Shown: piece by piece, positions 1-13,600 of the stretch | How positions within the stretch are numbered: position 1 is the first letter of the stretch | Layout of the letters: every line of letters starts with the position of its first letter | DNA from: the human T2T-CHM13v2.0 reference genome, Homo sapiens | Reading direction: 5' to 3' (one strand) | Length of the DNA stretch: 64,000 bases | Assembly: GCF_009914755.1 (NCBI RefSeq) | Contig: NC_060933.1 | Notes under the pieces: model-generated | What the model was told of the DNA's origin: nothing | The model's database searches: none | Seen by the model: the letters and a program-made list of their open reading frames with translations, nothing else | Position numbers and translations under genes: made by a program

Positions 1-3000
1 GAAAAGAATCAATCCGAATGTAATGGAATGGAATGGAACGGAATGGAATGGAATGGAATGGAATGCAATGGAATGGAATCAACCCGAGTACAATGGAATG
101 GAATGGAATGGAATGGAATGGAATGGAATGGAATGCAATGGAATGGAATCTTCCGGAATGGAATGGAATGGAATGGAATGGAATGCAATGGATTCAACTA
201 GATTGCAATGGAATGGAATAGAATGGAATGGAATGGAATGGAATGGAATTAAACCGAATAGAATGGAATGGAATGGAATGGAACGGAACAGAACGGAAAG
301 GAACGGAACGGAGTGGAATGGAATGGAATGGAATTGTATGGAATGGAATGGAATGGTACGGAATAGAATGGAATGGAAAGAATTGGAATGGAATGGAATC
401 GAATGGAATGGAATGGAATGGAATGGAATCAACCCGAGTGCAAGGGAGTGTAATGGAACGGAATGCAATGGAATGGAATCATCCGGAATGGAATGGAATG
501 GAATGGAGTGGAATGGAATGGAATGGAATGGAACAACCCGAATGGAATGGAATGGAATGGAGAGTAAGCGAGCTGAATAGAATCAATCCGAATGTAATGG
601 AATGGAACGGAATGGAATGGAATGGAATGGAATGGAATGGAATGGAATGGAATGCAATGGAATGGAATCAACCCGAGTACAAAGGAAAGGAATGGAATGT
701 AATGGAATGGAATGGAATGGAATGGAATGGAATGGAATGGAATGGAATCAACCCGAGTGCAATGGAATGGAGAGGAATGGAATGGAATGGAATGCAATGG
801 AATGGAATCATCCGGAATGGAATGGAATGGAATGGAATGCAAACCAATGGAATCAACTCGATTGCAATGGAATGGAATGGAATGGAAAGGAATACATTGG
901 AATCAACCCGAGTGGAATGGAATGGAAAGGACTGGAATGGAGTGGAATGGAATGGAATGGAATGGAATGGAATCAACTCGATTGGAATGGAATGGAATGG
1001 AATGGAATGGAATGGAATGGAATGGAATGGAATCAACCCGAGTTCAATGGAATGGAGAGGAATGGAATGGAATGGAATGGAAACTACCCGAATGGAATGG
1101 AATGTAATGGAGTCTAAGGGAATTGAATAGAATCAATCCGAATGTAATGGAATGGAATGGAACGGAATGGAATGGAATGGAATGGAATGGAATGGAATGC
1201 AGTGGAATGGAATCAACCCGAGTGCAATCGAATGGAATCGAATGGAATGGAATGCAATGGAATGGATTCAACTTGAATGGAATGGAAAGAATGGAATCAA
1301 CACGAGTGGAATGGCATGGATTGGAATGGAATGGAATGGAATCAACCCGAGTACAGCGGAATGGAATGGAATGGAATGCAATGGAATGGAATCATCCATA
1401 ATGGAATGGAAAGGAATGGAATGGAATGGAATGGAATGGAATGGAATCAACTCGATTGCAATCGAATGGAATGGAGTGGAATTAACCCGAATAGAATGGA
1501 ATGGAATGGAATGGAACGGAACGGAACGGAATGGAATGGAATGGAATGGAATGGAACGGAAAGGAAGGGAATGGAATGGAATAGAATGGAATGGAATGGA
1601 ATCAACGCGAGTGCAGGGGAATGGAATGGAATGGAATGCAATGGAATGGAATCTTCCGGAATGGAATGGAATGGAATGGAATGGAATTGAATGGAATCAA
1701 CCCGATTGCAATGGAATGGAGTGGAATGGAATGGAATGGAATGGAACAACCCGAATGGAATGGAATGTAATGGAGAGTAAGGGAGTTGAATAGAATCAAT
1801 CCGAATGTAATGGAATGGAATGGAACGGAATGGAATTGAATGGAATGGAATGGAATGCAATGGAATGGAATCAACCCGAGTGCAATGGAATGGAGAGGAA
1901 TGGAATGGAATGCAATGGAAACTACCCGAATGGAATGTAATGGAGTGTAAGGGAATTGAATAGAATCAATCCGAATGTAATGGAATGGAATGGAACGGAA
2001 TGGAATGGAATGGAATGGAATGGAATGGAATGGAATGCAATGGAATGGAATCAACCCGAGTGCAATCAAATGGAATCGAATGGAATGGAATGCAATGGAA
2101 TGGATTCAACTTGAATGGAATGGAAAGAATGGAATCAACACGAGTGGAATGGCATGGATTGGAATGGAATGGAATGGAATCAACCCGAGTACAGGGGAAT
2201 GGAATGGAATGGAATGCAATGGAATGGAATCAACCGTAATGGAATGGAAAGGAATGGAATGGAATGGAATGGAATGGAATGGAATGGAATGGAATCAACT
2301 CGATTGCAATCGAATGGAATGGAATGGAATTAACCCGAATAGAATGGAATGGAATGGAATGGAACGGAACGGAATGGAATGGAATGGAATGGAATGGAAT
2401 GGAACGGAACGGAACGGAATGGAATGGAATGGAATGGAATGGAATCAACGCGAGTGCAGGGGAATGGAATGGAATGGAATGCAATGGAATGGAATCTTCC
2501 GGAATGGAATGAAATGGAATGGAATGGAATGAAATGCAATGGATTCAACTCGATTGCAATGGAATGGAATAGAATGGAATGGAATGGAATGGAATGGAAT
2601 TAATCCGAATAGAATGGAATGGAATGCAATGGAATGGAATGGAACGGAATGGAATGGAATGGAATGGAATAGAATGGAATTGTATGGAATGGAATGGAAT
2701 GGTACGGAATAGAATGGAATGGAACGAATTGTAATGGAATGGAATTGAATGGAATGGAATGGAACGGAATGGAATCAACGCGAGTGCAGGGGAATGTAAT
2801 GGAAAGGAATGCAATGGAATGGAATCATCCGGAATGGAATGGAATGGAATGGAATGGAATGGAATCAACCCGAGTGCAATGGAATGGAGTGGAATGGAAT
2901 GGAATGGAATGGAACAACCAGAATGGAATGGAATGTAATGGAGAGTTAAGGGAGTTGAATAGAATCAATCCGAATGTAATGGAATGGAATGCAACGGAAT

Positions 3001-6000
3001 GGAATGGAATGGAATGGAATGGAATGGAATGCAATGGAATTGAATCAACCCGAGCACAGTGGAATGGAATGGAATGGAATGGAATGGAATGGAATGGAAT
3101 GGAATGGAATGGAATGATACGGAATAGAATGGAATGGAACGAAATGGAATGGAATTGAATGGAATGGAATGGAATGGAATGGAATGGAATCAACCCGAGT
3201 GCAGGAGAATGGAATGGAATGGAATGCAAAGGAATGGAATCATCCGGAATGGAATGGAATGGAATGGAATGCAAAGCAATGGAATCAACTCGATTGCAAT
3301 GGAATGGAATGGAATGGAAAGGAATACATTGGAATCAACCCGAGTGGAATGGAAAGGAAAGGACTGGAATGGAGTGGAATGGAATGGCATGGAATGGAAT
3401 GGAATCAACTCGATTGGAATGGAATGGAATGGAATGGAATTAACCCGAATAGAATGGAATGGAATGGAATGGAACGGAACGGAATGGAATGGAATGGAAT
3501 GGAATGGAATGGAATGGAATGGAATGGAATGGAATCAACCCGACTGCAGGGGAATGGAATGGAATGGAAGGCAATGGAATGGATTCAACTTGAATGGAAT
3601 GGAAAGAATGGAATCAACACGAGTGGAATGGCATGGATTGGAATGGAATGGAATGGAATCAACCCGAGTACAGGGGAATGGAATGGAATGGAATGCAATG
3701 GAATGGCATCATCCGTAATGGAATGGAAAGGAATGGAATGGAATGGAATGGAATGGAATGGAATGGAATGGAATGGAATGGAATCAACGCGAGTCCAGGG
3801 GAATGTAATGGAAAGGAATGCAATGGAATGGAATCATCCGGAATGGAATGGAATGGAATGGAATGGAATGGAATCAACCCGAGTGCAATGGAATGGAGTG
3901 GAATGGAATGGAATGGAATGGAACAACCAGAATGGAATGGAATGTAATGGAGAGTAAGGGAGTTGAATAGAATCAATCCGAATGTAATGCAATGGAATGC
4001 AACGGAATGGAATGGAATGGAATGGAATGGAATGGAATGCAATGGAATTGAATCAACCCGAGTACAATGGAATGGAATGGAATGGAATGGAATGGAATGG
4101 AACGGAATGGAATGGAATGGAATGGAATGGAATGGAATCAACACGAGTGCAGGGGAATGGAATGGAAAGGAATGCAATGGAATGGAATCATCCGGAATGG
4201 AATGGAATGGAATGCAATGGAATGGAATGGAATGGAATCAACCCGAGTGCAATGGAATGGAGTGAAATGGAATGGAATGGAATGGAAACAACCAGAATGG
4301 ATTGGAATATAATGGAGTGTAAGGGAATTGAATAGAATCAATCTGAATGTAATGAAATGGAAAGGAACGGAATGGAATGGAATGGAATGGAATGGAATGG
4401 AATGCAATGGAATGGAATCAACCCGAGTGCAATCGAATGGAATCGAATGGAATGGAATGCAATGGAATGGATTCAACTTGAATGGAATGGAAAGAATGGA
4501 ATCAACACGAGTGGAATGGCATGGATTGGAATGGAATGGAATGGAATCAACCCGTGTACAGGGGAATGGAATGGAATGGAATGCAATGGAATGGAATCAT
4601 CCGGAATGGAATGGAATGGAATGGAATGCAAAGCAATGGAATCAACTCGATTGCAATGGAATGGAATGGAATGGAAAGGAATACATTGGAATCAACCCGA
4701 GTGGAATGGAATGGAAAGGACTGGAATGGAGTGGAATGGAATGGAATGGAATGGAATGGAATCAACTCGATTGGAATGGAATGGAATGGAATGGAATGGA
4801 ATGGAATGGAATTAACCCGAATAGAATGGAATGGAATGGAATGGAACGGAACGGAACGGAATGGAATGGAATGGAATGGAATGGAATGGAATGGAAACAA
4901 CCCGACAGCAGGGGAATGGAATGGAATGGAATGGAAACAACCCGACTGCAGGGGAATGGAATGGAATGGAATGCAAAGGAATGGATTCAACTTGAATGAA
5001 ATGGAAAGAATGGAATCAACACGAGTGGAATGGCATGGATTGGAATGGAATGGAATGGAATCAACCCGAGTACAGAGGAATGGAATGGAATGGAATGCAA
5101 TGGAATGGAATCATCCGTAATGGAATGGAAAGGAATGGAATGGAATGGAATGGAATGGAATGGAATCAACTCGATTGCAATCGAACGGAATGGAATGGAA
5201 TTAACCCGAATAGAATGGAATGGAATGGAATGGAACGGAACGGAACGGAATGGAATGGATTGGAATGGAATGGAATGGAATGGAATGGAACGGAAAGGAA
5301 TGGAATGGAATGGAATGGAATGGAATGGAATGGAATGGAATCAACGCGAGTGCAGGGGAATGGAATGGAATGGAATGCAATGGAATGGAATCTTCCGGAA
5401 TGGAATGGAATGGAATGGAATGGAATGGAATGGAATGGAATAAACCCGAGTGCAATGGAATGGAGTGGAATGGAATGGAATGGAATGGAACAACCCGAAT
5501 GGAATGGAATGTAATGGAGAGTAAGGGAGTTGAATAGAATCAATCCGAATGTAATGGAATGGAATGGAACGGAGTGGAATTGAATGGAATGGAATGGAAT
5601 GGAATGGAATGGAATCAACCCGAGTTCAATGGAATGGAGAGGAATGGAATGGAATGGAATGGAAACTACCCGAATGGAATGGAATGTAATGGAGTCTAAG
5701 GGAATTGAATAGAATCAATCCGAATGTAATGGAATGGAATGGAACGGAATGGAATGGAATGGAATGGAATGGAACGGAATGCAGTGGAATGGAATCAACC
5801 CGAGTGTAATCGAATGGAATCGAATGGAATGGAATGCAATGGAATGGATTCAACTTGAATGGAATGGAAAGAATGGAATCAACACGAGTGGAATGGCATG
5901 GATTGGAATGTAATGGAATGGAATCAACCCGAGTACAGCGGAATGGAATGGAATGGAATGCAATGGAATGGAATCATCCGTAATGGAATGGAAAGGAATG

Positions 6001-7620
6001 GAATGGAATGGAATGGAATGGAATGGAATCAACTCGATTGCAATCGAATGGAATGGAGTGGAATTAACCCGAATAGAATGGAATGGAATGGAATGGAACG
6101 GAACGGAACGGAATGGAATGGAATGGAATGGAATGGAACGGAAAGGAAGGGAATGGGATGGAATAGAATGGAATGGAATGGAATCAACGCGAGTGCAGGG
6201 GAATGGAATGGAATGGAATGGAATGGAATGGAATGGAATGGAATGGAATCAACCCGAGTGCAATGGAATGGAGTGGAATGGAATGGAATGGAATGGAACA
6301 ACCCGAATGGAATGGAATGTAATGGAGACTAAGGGAGTTGAATAGAATCAATCCGAATGTAATGGAATGGAACGGAATGGAATGGAATGGAATGGAATGG
6401 AATGGAATGGAATGCAATGGAATGGAATCAACCCGAGTACAATGGAACGGAATGGAATGGAATGTAATGTAATGGAATGGAATGGAATGGAATGGAATGG
6501 AATGGAATGGAATGGAATGGAATCAACCCGAGTGCAATGGAATGGAGAGGAATGGAAAGGAATGGAATGGAAACTACCCGAATGGAATGGAATGTAATGG
6601 AGCGTAAGGGAATTGAATAGAATCAATCCGAATGGAATGGAATGGAATGGAACGGAATGTAATGGAATGGAATGAAATGGAATCAACCCGAGTGCAGGCG
6701 AATGGAATGGAATGGAATGCAATGGAATGGAATCATCCGGAATGGAATGGAATGGAATGCAATGGAATGGAATGGAATGGAATCAACCCGAGTGCAATGG
6801 AATGGAGTGAAATGGAATGGAATGGAATGGAAACAACCAGAATGGATTGGAATATATTGGAGTGTAAGGGAATTGAATAGAATCAATCTGAATGTAATGA
6901 AATGGAATGGAACGGAATGGAATGGAATGGAATGGAATGCAATGGAATGGTATCAACCCGAGTGCAATCGAATGGAATCGAATGGAATGGAATGCAATGG
7001 AATGGATTCAACTTGAATGGAAAGGAAAGAATGGAATCAACACGAGTGCAATGGCATGGATTGGAATGGAATGGAATGGAATCAACCCGAGTACAGGGGA
7101 ATGGAATAGAATGGAATGCAATAGAATGGAATCATCAGTAATGGAATGGAAAGGAATGGAAAGGACTGGAATGGAATGGAATGGAATGGAATGGAATGGA
7201 ATCAACTCGATTGCAATCGAAAGTATGGAATGGAATGGAATCAACTCGATTGCAATCGAATGGAATGGAATGGAATTAACCCGAATAGAATGGAATGGAA
7301 TGGTATGGAACGGAACGGAATGGAATGGAATGGAATGGAACGGAAAGGAATGGAATGGAATGGAATGAATGGAATGGAATGGAATGGAATGGAATCAACG
7401 CGCGTGCAGGGGAATGGAATGGAATCGAATGGAATGGAAAGGAATGGAATGGAATCAACCCGAGTGCAGGGGAATGTAATGGAACGGAATGCAATGGAAT
7501 GGAATCATCCGGAATGGAATGGAATGGAATCAACCCGAGTGCAATGGAATGGAGTGGAATGGAATGGAATGGAATGGAACAACCCGAATGGAATGGAATG
7601 TAATGGAGAGTAAGGGAGTT
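1..7620 (+). repeat. ~7.6 kb higher-order repeat, copy 1 (phase set by window start)
   Basis: The window start GAAAAGAATCAATCCGAATGTAATGG... and its downstream context recur at 7621 and 15255; private markers recur in order (GGAACAGAACGGAAAGG, AGTAAGCGAGCTG, GCAAACCAATGG, CATCCATAAT, CAACCGTAAT, GAGCACAGTGG, CCCGTGTACA, CGAAAGTATGG). Confidence 0.95.
145..159. promoter_or_regulatory. Perfect three-unit heat-shock element gGAAt-cTTCc-gGAAt (representative of ~32 copies)
   Basis: GGAATCTTCCGGAAT matches nGAAnnTTCnnGAAn exactly. The motif match is certain; in vivo HSF binding at this copy is inferred. Confidence 0.6.
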
Positions 7621-10600
7621 GAAAAGAATCAATCCGAATGTAATGGAATGGAATGGAACGGAATGGAATGGAATGGAATGGAATGCAATGGAATGGAATC
7701 AACCCGAGTACAATGGAATGGAATGGAATGGAATGGAATGGAATGGAATGGAATGCAATGGAATGGAATCTTCCGGAATGGAATGGAATGGAATGGAATG
7801 GAATGCAATGGATTCAACTAGATTGCAATGGAATGGAATAGAATGGAATGGAATGGAATGGAATGGAATGGAATGGAATTAAACCGAATAGAATGGAATG
7901 GAATGGAATGGAACGGAACAGAACGGAAAGGAACGGAACGGAGTGGAATGGAATGGAATGGAATTGTATGGAATGGAATGGAATGGTACGGAATAGAATG
8001 GAATGGAAAGAATTGGAATGGAATGGAATCGAATGGAATGGAATGGAATGGAATGGAATCAACCCGAGTGCAAGGGAGTGTAATGGAACGGAATGCAATG
8101 GAATGGAATCATCCGGAATGGAATGGAATGGAATGGAGTGGAATGGAATGGAATGGAATGGAACAACCCGAATGGAATGGAATGGAATGGAGAGTAAGCG
8201 AGCTGAATAGAATCAATCCGAATGTAATGGAATGGAACGGAATGGAATGGAATGGAATGGAATGGAATGGAATGGAATGGAATGGAATGCAATGGAATGG
8301 AATCAACCCGAGTACAAAGGAAAGGAATGGAATGTAATGGAATGGAATGGAATGGAATGGAATGGAATGGAATGGAATGGAATCAACCCGAGTGCAATGG
8401 AATGGAGAGGAATGGAATGGAATGGAATGCAATGGAATGGAATCATCCGGAATGGAATGGAATGGAATGGAATGCAAACCAATGGAATCAACTCGATTGC
8501 AATGGAATGGAATGGAATGGAAAGGAATACATTGGAATCAACCCGAGTGGAATGGAATGGAAAGGACTGGAATGGAGTGGAATGGAATGGAATGGAATGG
8601 AATGGAATCAACTCGATTGGAATGGAATGGAATGGAATGGAATGGAATGGAATGGAATGGAATGGAATGGAATCAACCCGAGTTCAATGGAATGGAGAGG
8701 AATGGAATGGAATGGAATGGAAACTACCCGAATGGAATGGAATGTAATGGAGTCTAAGGGAATTGAATAGAATCAATCCGAATGTAATGGAATGGAATGG
8801 AACGGAATGGAATGGAATGGAATGGAATGGAATGGAATGCAGTGGAATGGAATCAACCCGAGTGCAATCGAATGGAATCGAATGGAATGGAATGCAATGG
8901 AATGGATTCAACTTGAATGGAATGGAAAGAATGGAATCAACACGAGTGGAATGGCATGGATTGGAATGGAATGGAATGGAATCAACCCGAGTACAGCGGA
9001 ATGGAATGGAATGGAATGCAATGGAATGGAATCATCCATAATGGAATGGAAAGGAATGGAATGGAATGGAATGGAATGGAATGGAATCAACTCGATTGCA
9101 ATCGAATGGAATGGAGTGGAATTAACCCGAATAGAATGGAATGGAATGGAATGGAACGGAACGGAACGGAATGGAATGGAATGGAATGGAATGGAACGGA
9201 AAGGAAGGGAATGGAATGGAATAGAATGGAATGGAATGGAATCAACGCGAGTGCAGGGGAATGGAATGGAATGGAATGCAATGGAATGGAATCTTCCGGA
9301 ATGGAATGGAATGGAATGGAATGGAATTGAATGGAATCAACCCGATTGCAATGGAATGGAGTGGAATGGAATGGAATGGAATGGAACAACCCGAATGGAA
9401 TGGAATGGAATGGAGAGTAAGGGAGTTGAATAGAATCAATCCGAATGTAATGGAATGGAATGGAACGGAATGGAATTGAATGGAATGGAATGGAATGCAA
9501 TGGAATGGAATCAACCCGAGTGCAATGGAATGGAGAGGAATGGAATGGAATGCAATGGAAACTACCCGAATGGAATGTAATGGAGTGTAAGGGAATTGAA
9601 TAGAATCAATCCGAATGTAATGGAATGGAATGGAACGGAATGGAATGGAATGGAATGGAATGGAATGTAATGGAATGCAATGGAATGGAATCAACCCGAG
9701 TGCAATCAAATGGAATCGAATGGAATGGAATGCAATGGAATGGATTCAACTTGAATGGAATGGAAAGAATGGAATCAACACGAGTGGAATGGCATGGATT
9801 GGAATGGAATGGAATGGAATCAACCCGAGTACAGGGGAATGGAATGGAATGGAATGCAATGGAATGGAATCAACCGTAATGGAATGGAAAGGAATGGAAT
9901 GGAATGGAATGGAATGGAATGGAATGGAATGGAATGGAATCAACTCGATTGCAATCGAATGGAATGGAATGGAATTAACCCGAATAGAATGGAATGGAAT
10001 GGAATGGAACGGAACGGAATGGAATGGAATGGAATGGAATGGAACGGAACGGAACGGAATGGAATGGAATGGAATGGAATGGAATCAACGCGAGTGCAGG
10101 GGAATGGAATGGAATGGAATGCAATGGAATGGAATCTTCCGGAATGGAATGAAATGGAATGGAATGGAATGAAATGCAATGGATTCAACTCGATTGCAAT
10201 GGAATGGAATAGAATGGAATGGAATGGAATGGAATGGAATTAATCCGAATAGAATGGAATGGAATGCAATGGAATGGAATGGAACGGAATGGAATGGAAT
10301 GGAATGGAATAGAATGGAATTGTATGGAATGGAATGGAATGGTACGGAATAGAATGGAATGGAACGAATTGTAATGGAATGGAATTGAATGGAATGGAAT
10401 GGAACGGAATGGAATCAACGCGAGTGCAGGGGAATGTAATGGAAAGGAATGCAATGGAATGGAATCATCCGGAATGGAATGGAATGGAATGGAATGGAAT
10501 GGAATCAACCCGAGTGCAATGGAATGGAGTGGAATGGAATGGAATGGAATGGAACAACCAGAATGGAATGGAATGTAATGGAGAGTAAGGGAGTTGAATA

Positions 10601-13600
10601 GAATCAATCCGAATGTAATGGAATGGAATGCAACGGAATGGAATGGAATGGAATGGAATGGAATGGAATGCAATGGAATTGAATCAACCCGAGCACAGTG
10701 GAATGGAATGGAATGGAATGGAATGGAATGGAATGGAATGGAATGGAATGATACGGAATAGAATGGAATGGAACGAAATGGAATGGAATTGAATGGAATG
10801 GAATGGAATGGAATGGAATGGAATCAACCCGAGTGCAGGGGAATGGAATGGAATGGAATGCAAAGGAATGGAATCATTCGGAATGGAATGGAATGGAATG
10901 GAATGCAAAGCAATGGAATCAACTCGATTGCAATGGAATGGAATGGAATGGAAAGGAATACATTGGAATCAACCCGAGTGGAATGGAAAGGAAAGGACTG
11001 GAATGGAGTGGAATGGAATGGCATGGAATGGAATGGAATCAACTCGATTGGAATGGAATGGAATGGAATGGAATTAACCCGAATAGAATGGAATGGAATG
11101 GAATGGAACGGAACGGAATGGAATGGAATGGAATGGAATGGAATGGAATGGAATGGAATGGAATCAACCCGACTGCAGGGGAATGGAATGGAATGGAAGG
11201 CAATGGAATGGATTCAACTTGAATGGAATGGAAAGAATGGAATCAACACGAGTGGAATGGCATGGATTGGAATGGAATGGAATGGAATCAACCCGAGTAC
11301 AGGGGAATGGAATGGAATGGAAAGCAATGGAATGGCATCATCCGTAATGGAATGGAAAGGAATGGAATGGAATGGAATGGAATGGAATGGAATGGAATGG
11401 AATGGAATCAACGCGAGTCCAGGGGAATGTAATGGAAAGGAATGCAATGGAATGGAATCATCCGGAATGGAATGGAATGGAATGGAATGGAATGGAATCA
11501 ACCCGAGTGCAATGGAATGGAGTGGAATGGAATGGAATGGAATGGAACAACCAGAATGGAATGGAATGTAATGGAGAGTAAGGGAGTTGAATAGAATCAA
11601 TCCGAATGTAATGCAATGGAATGCAACGGAATGGAATGGAATGGAATGGAATGGAATGCAATGGAATTGAATCAACCCGAGTACAATGGAATGGAATGGA
11701 ATGGAATGGAATGGAATGGAACGGAACGGAATGGAATGGAATGGAATGGAATGGAATCAACACGAGTGCAGGGGAATGGAATGGAAAGGAATGCAATGGA
11801 ATGGAATCATCCGGAATGGAATGGAATGGAATGCAATGGAATGGAATGGAATGGAATCAACCCGAGTGCAATGGAATGGAGTGAAATGGAATGGAATGGA
11901 ATGGAAACAACCAGAATGGATTGGAATATAATGGAGTGTAAGGGAATTGAATAGAATCAATCTGAATGTAATGAAATGGAAAGGAACGGAATGGAATGGA
12001 ATGGAATGGAATGGAATGGAATGCAATGGAATGGAATCAACCCGAGTGCAATCGAATGGAATCGAATGGAATGGAATGCAATGGAATGGATTCAACTTGA
12101 ATGGAAAGGAAAGAATGGAATCAACACGAGTGGAATGGCATGGATTGGAATGGAATGGAATGGAATCAACCCGTGTACAGGGGAATGGAATGGAATGGAA
12201 TGCAATGGAATGGAATCATCCGGAATGGAATGGAATGGAATGGAATGCAAAGCAATGGAATCAACTCGATTGCAATGGAATGGAATGGAATGGAAAGGAA
12301 TACATTGGAATCAACCCGAGTGGAATGGAATGGAAAGGACTGGAATGGAGTGGAATGGAATGGAATGGAATGGAATGGAATCAACTCGATTGGAATGGAA
12401 TGGAATGGAATGGAATGGAATGGAATGGAATGGAATTAACCCGAATAGAATGGAATGGAATGGAATGGAACGGAACGGAACGGAATGGAATGGAATGGAA
12501 TGGAATGGAATGGAATGGAAACAACCCGACAGCAGGGGAATGGAATGGAATGGAATGGAAACAACCCGACTGCAGGGGAATGGAATGGAATGGAATGCAA
12601 AGGAATGGATTCAACTTGAATGAAATGGAAAGAATGGAATCAACACGAGTGGAATGGCATGGATTGGAATGGAATGGAATGGAATCAACCCGAGTACAGA
12701 GGAATGGAATGGAATGGAATGCAATGGAATGGAATCATCCGTAATGGAATGGAAAGGAATGGAATGGAATGGAATGGAATGGAATGGAATCAACTCGATT
12801 GCAATCGAACGGAATGGAATGGAATTAACCCGAATAGAATGGAATGGAATGGAATGGAACGGAATGGAACGGAATGGAATGGATTGGAATGGAATGGAAT
12901 GGAATGGAATGGAACGGAAAGGAATGGAATGGAATGGAATGGAATGGAATGGAATGGAATGGAATCAACGCGAGTGCAGGGGAATGGAATGGAATGGAAT
13001 GCAATGGAATGGAATCTTCCGGAATGGAATGGAATGGAATGGAATGGAATGGAATGGAATGGAATGGAATAAACCCGAGTGCAATGGAATGGAGTGGAAT
13101 GGAATGGAATGGAATGGAACAACCCGAATGGAATGGAATGTAATGGAGAGTAAGGGAGTTGAATAGAATCAATCCGAATGTAATGGAATGGAATGGAACG
13201 GAGTGGAATTGAATGGAATGGAATGGAATGGAATGGAATGGAATCAACCCGAGTTCAATGGAATGGAGAGGAATGGAATGGAATGGAATGGAAACTACCC
13301 GAATGGAATGGAATGTAATGGAGTCTAAGGGAATTGAATAGAATCAATCCGAATGTAATGGAATGGAATGGAACGGAATGGAATGGAATGGAATGGAATG
13401 GAACGGAATGCAGTGGAATGGAATCAACCCGAGTGTAATCGAATGGAATCGAATGGAATGGAATGCAATGGAATGGATTCAACTTGAATGGAATGGAAAG
13501 AATGGAATCAACACGAGTGGAATGGCATGGATTGGAATGTAATGGAATGGAATCAACCCGACTACAGCGGAATGGAATGGAATGGAATGCAATGGAATGG

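Noticed and set aside
1775-1805. TAAGGG telomere-like hexamer and a DUX4-like AATCA in the AGAGTAAGGGAGTTGAATAGAATCAATCC module
   Set aside because: Not TTAGGG and never tandem; GAATAGAATCA does not match the DUX4 TAAYYYAATCA consensus.
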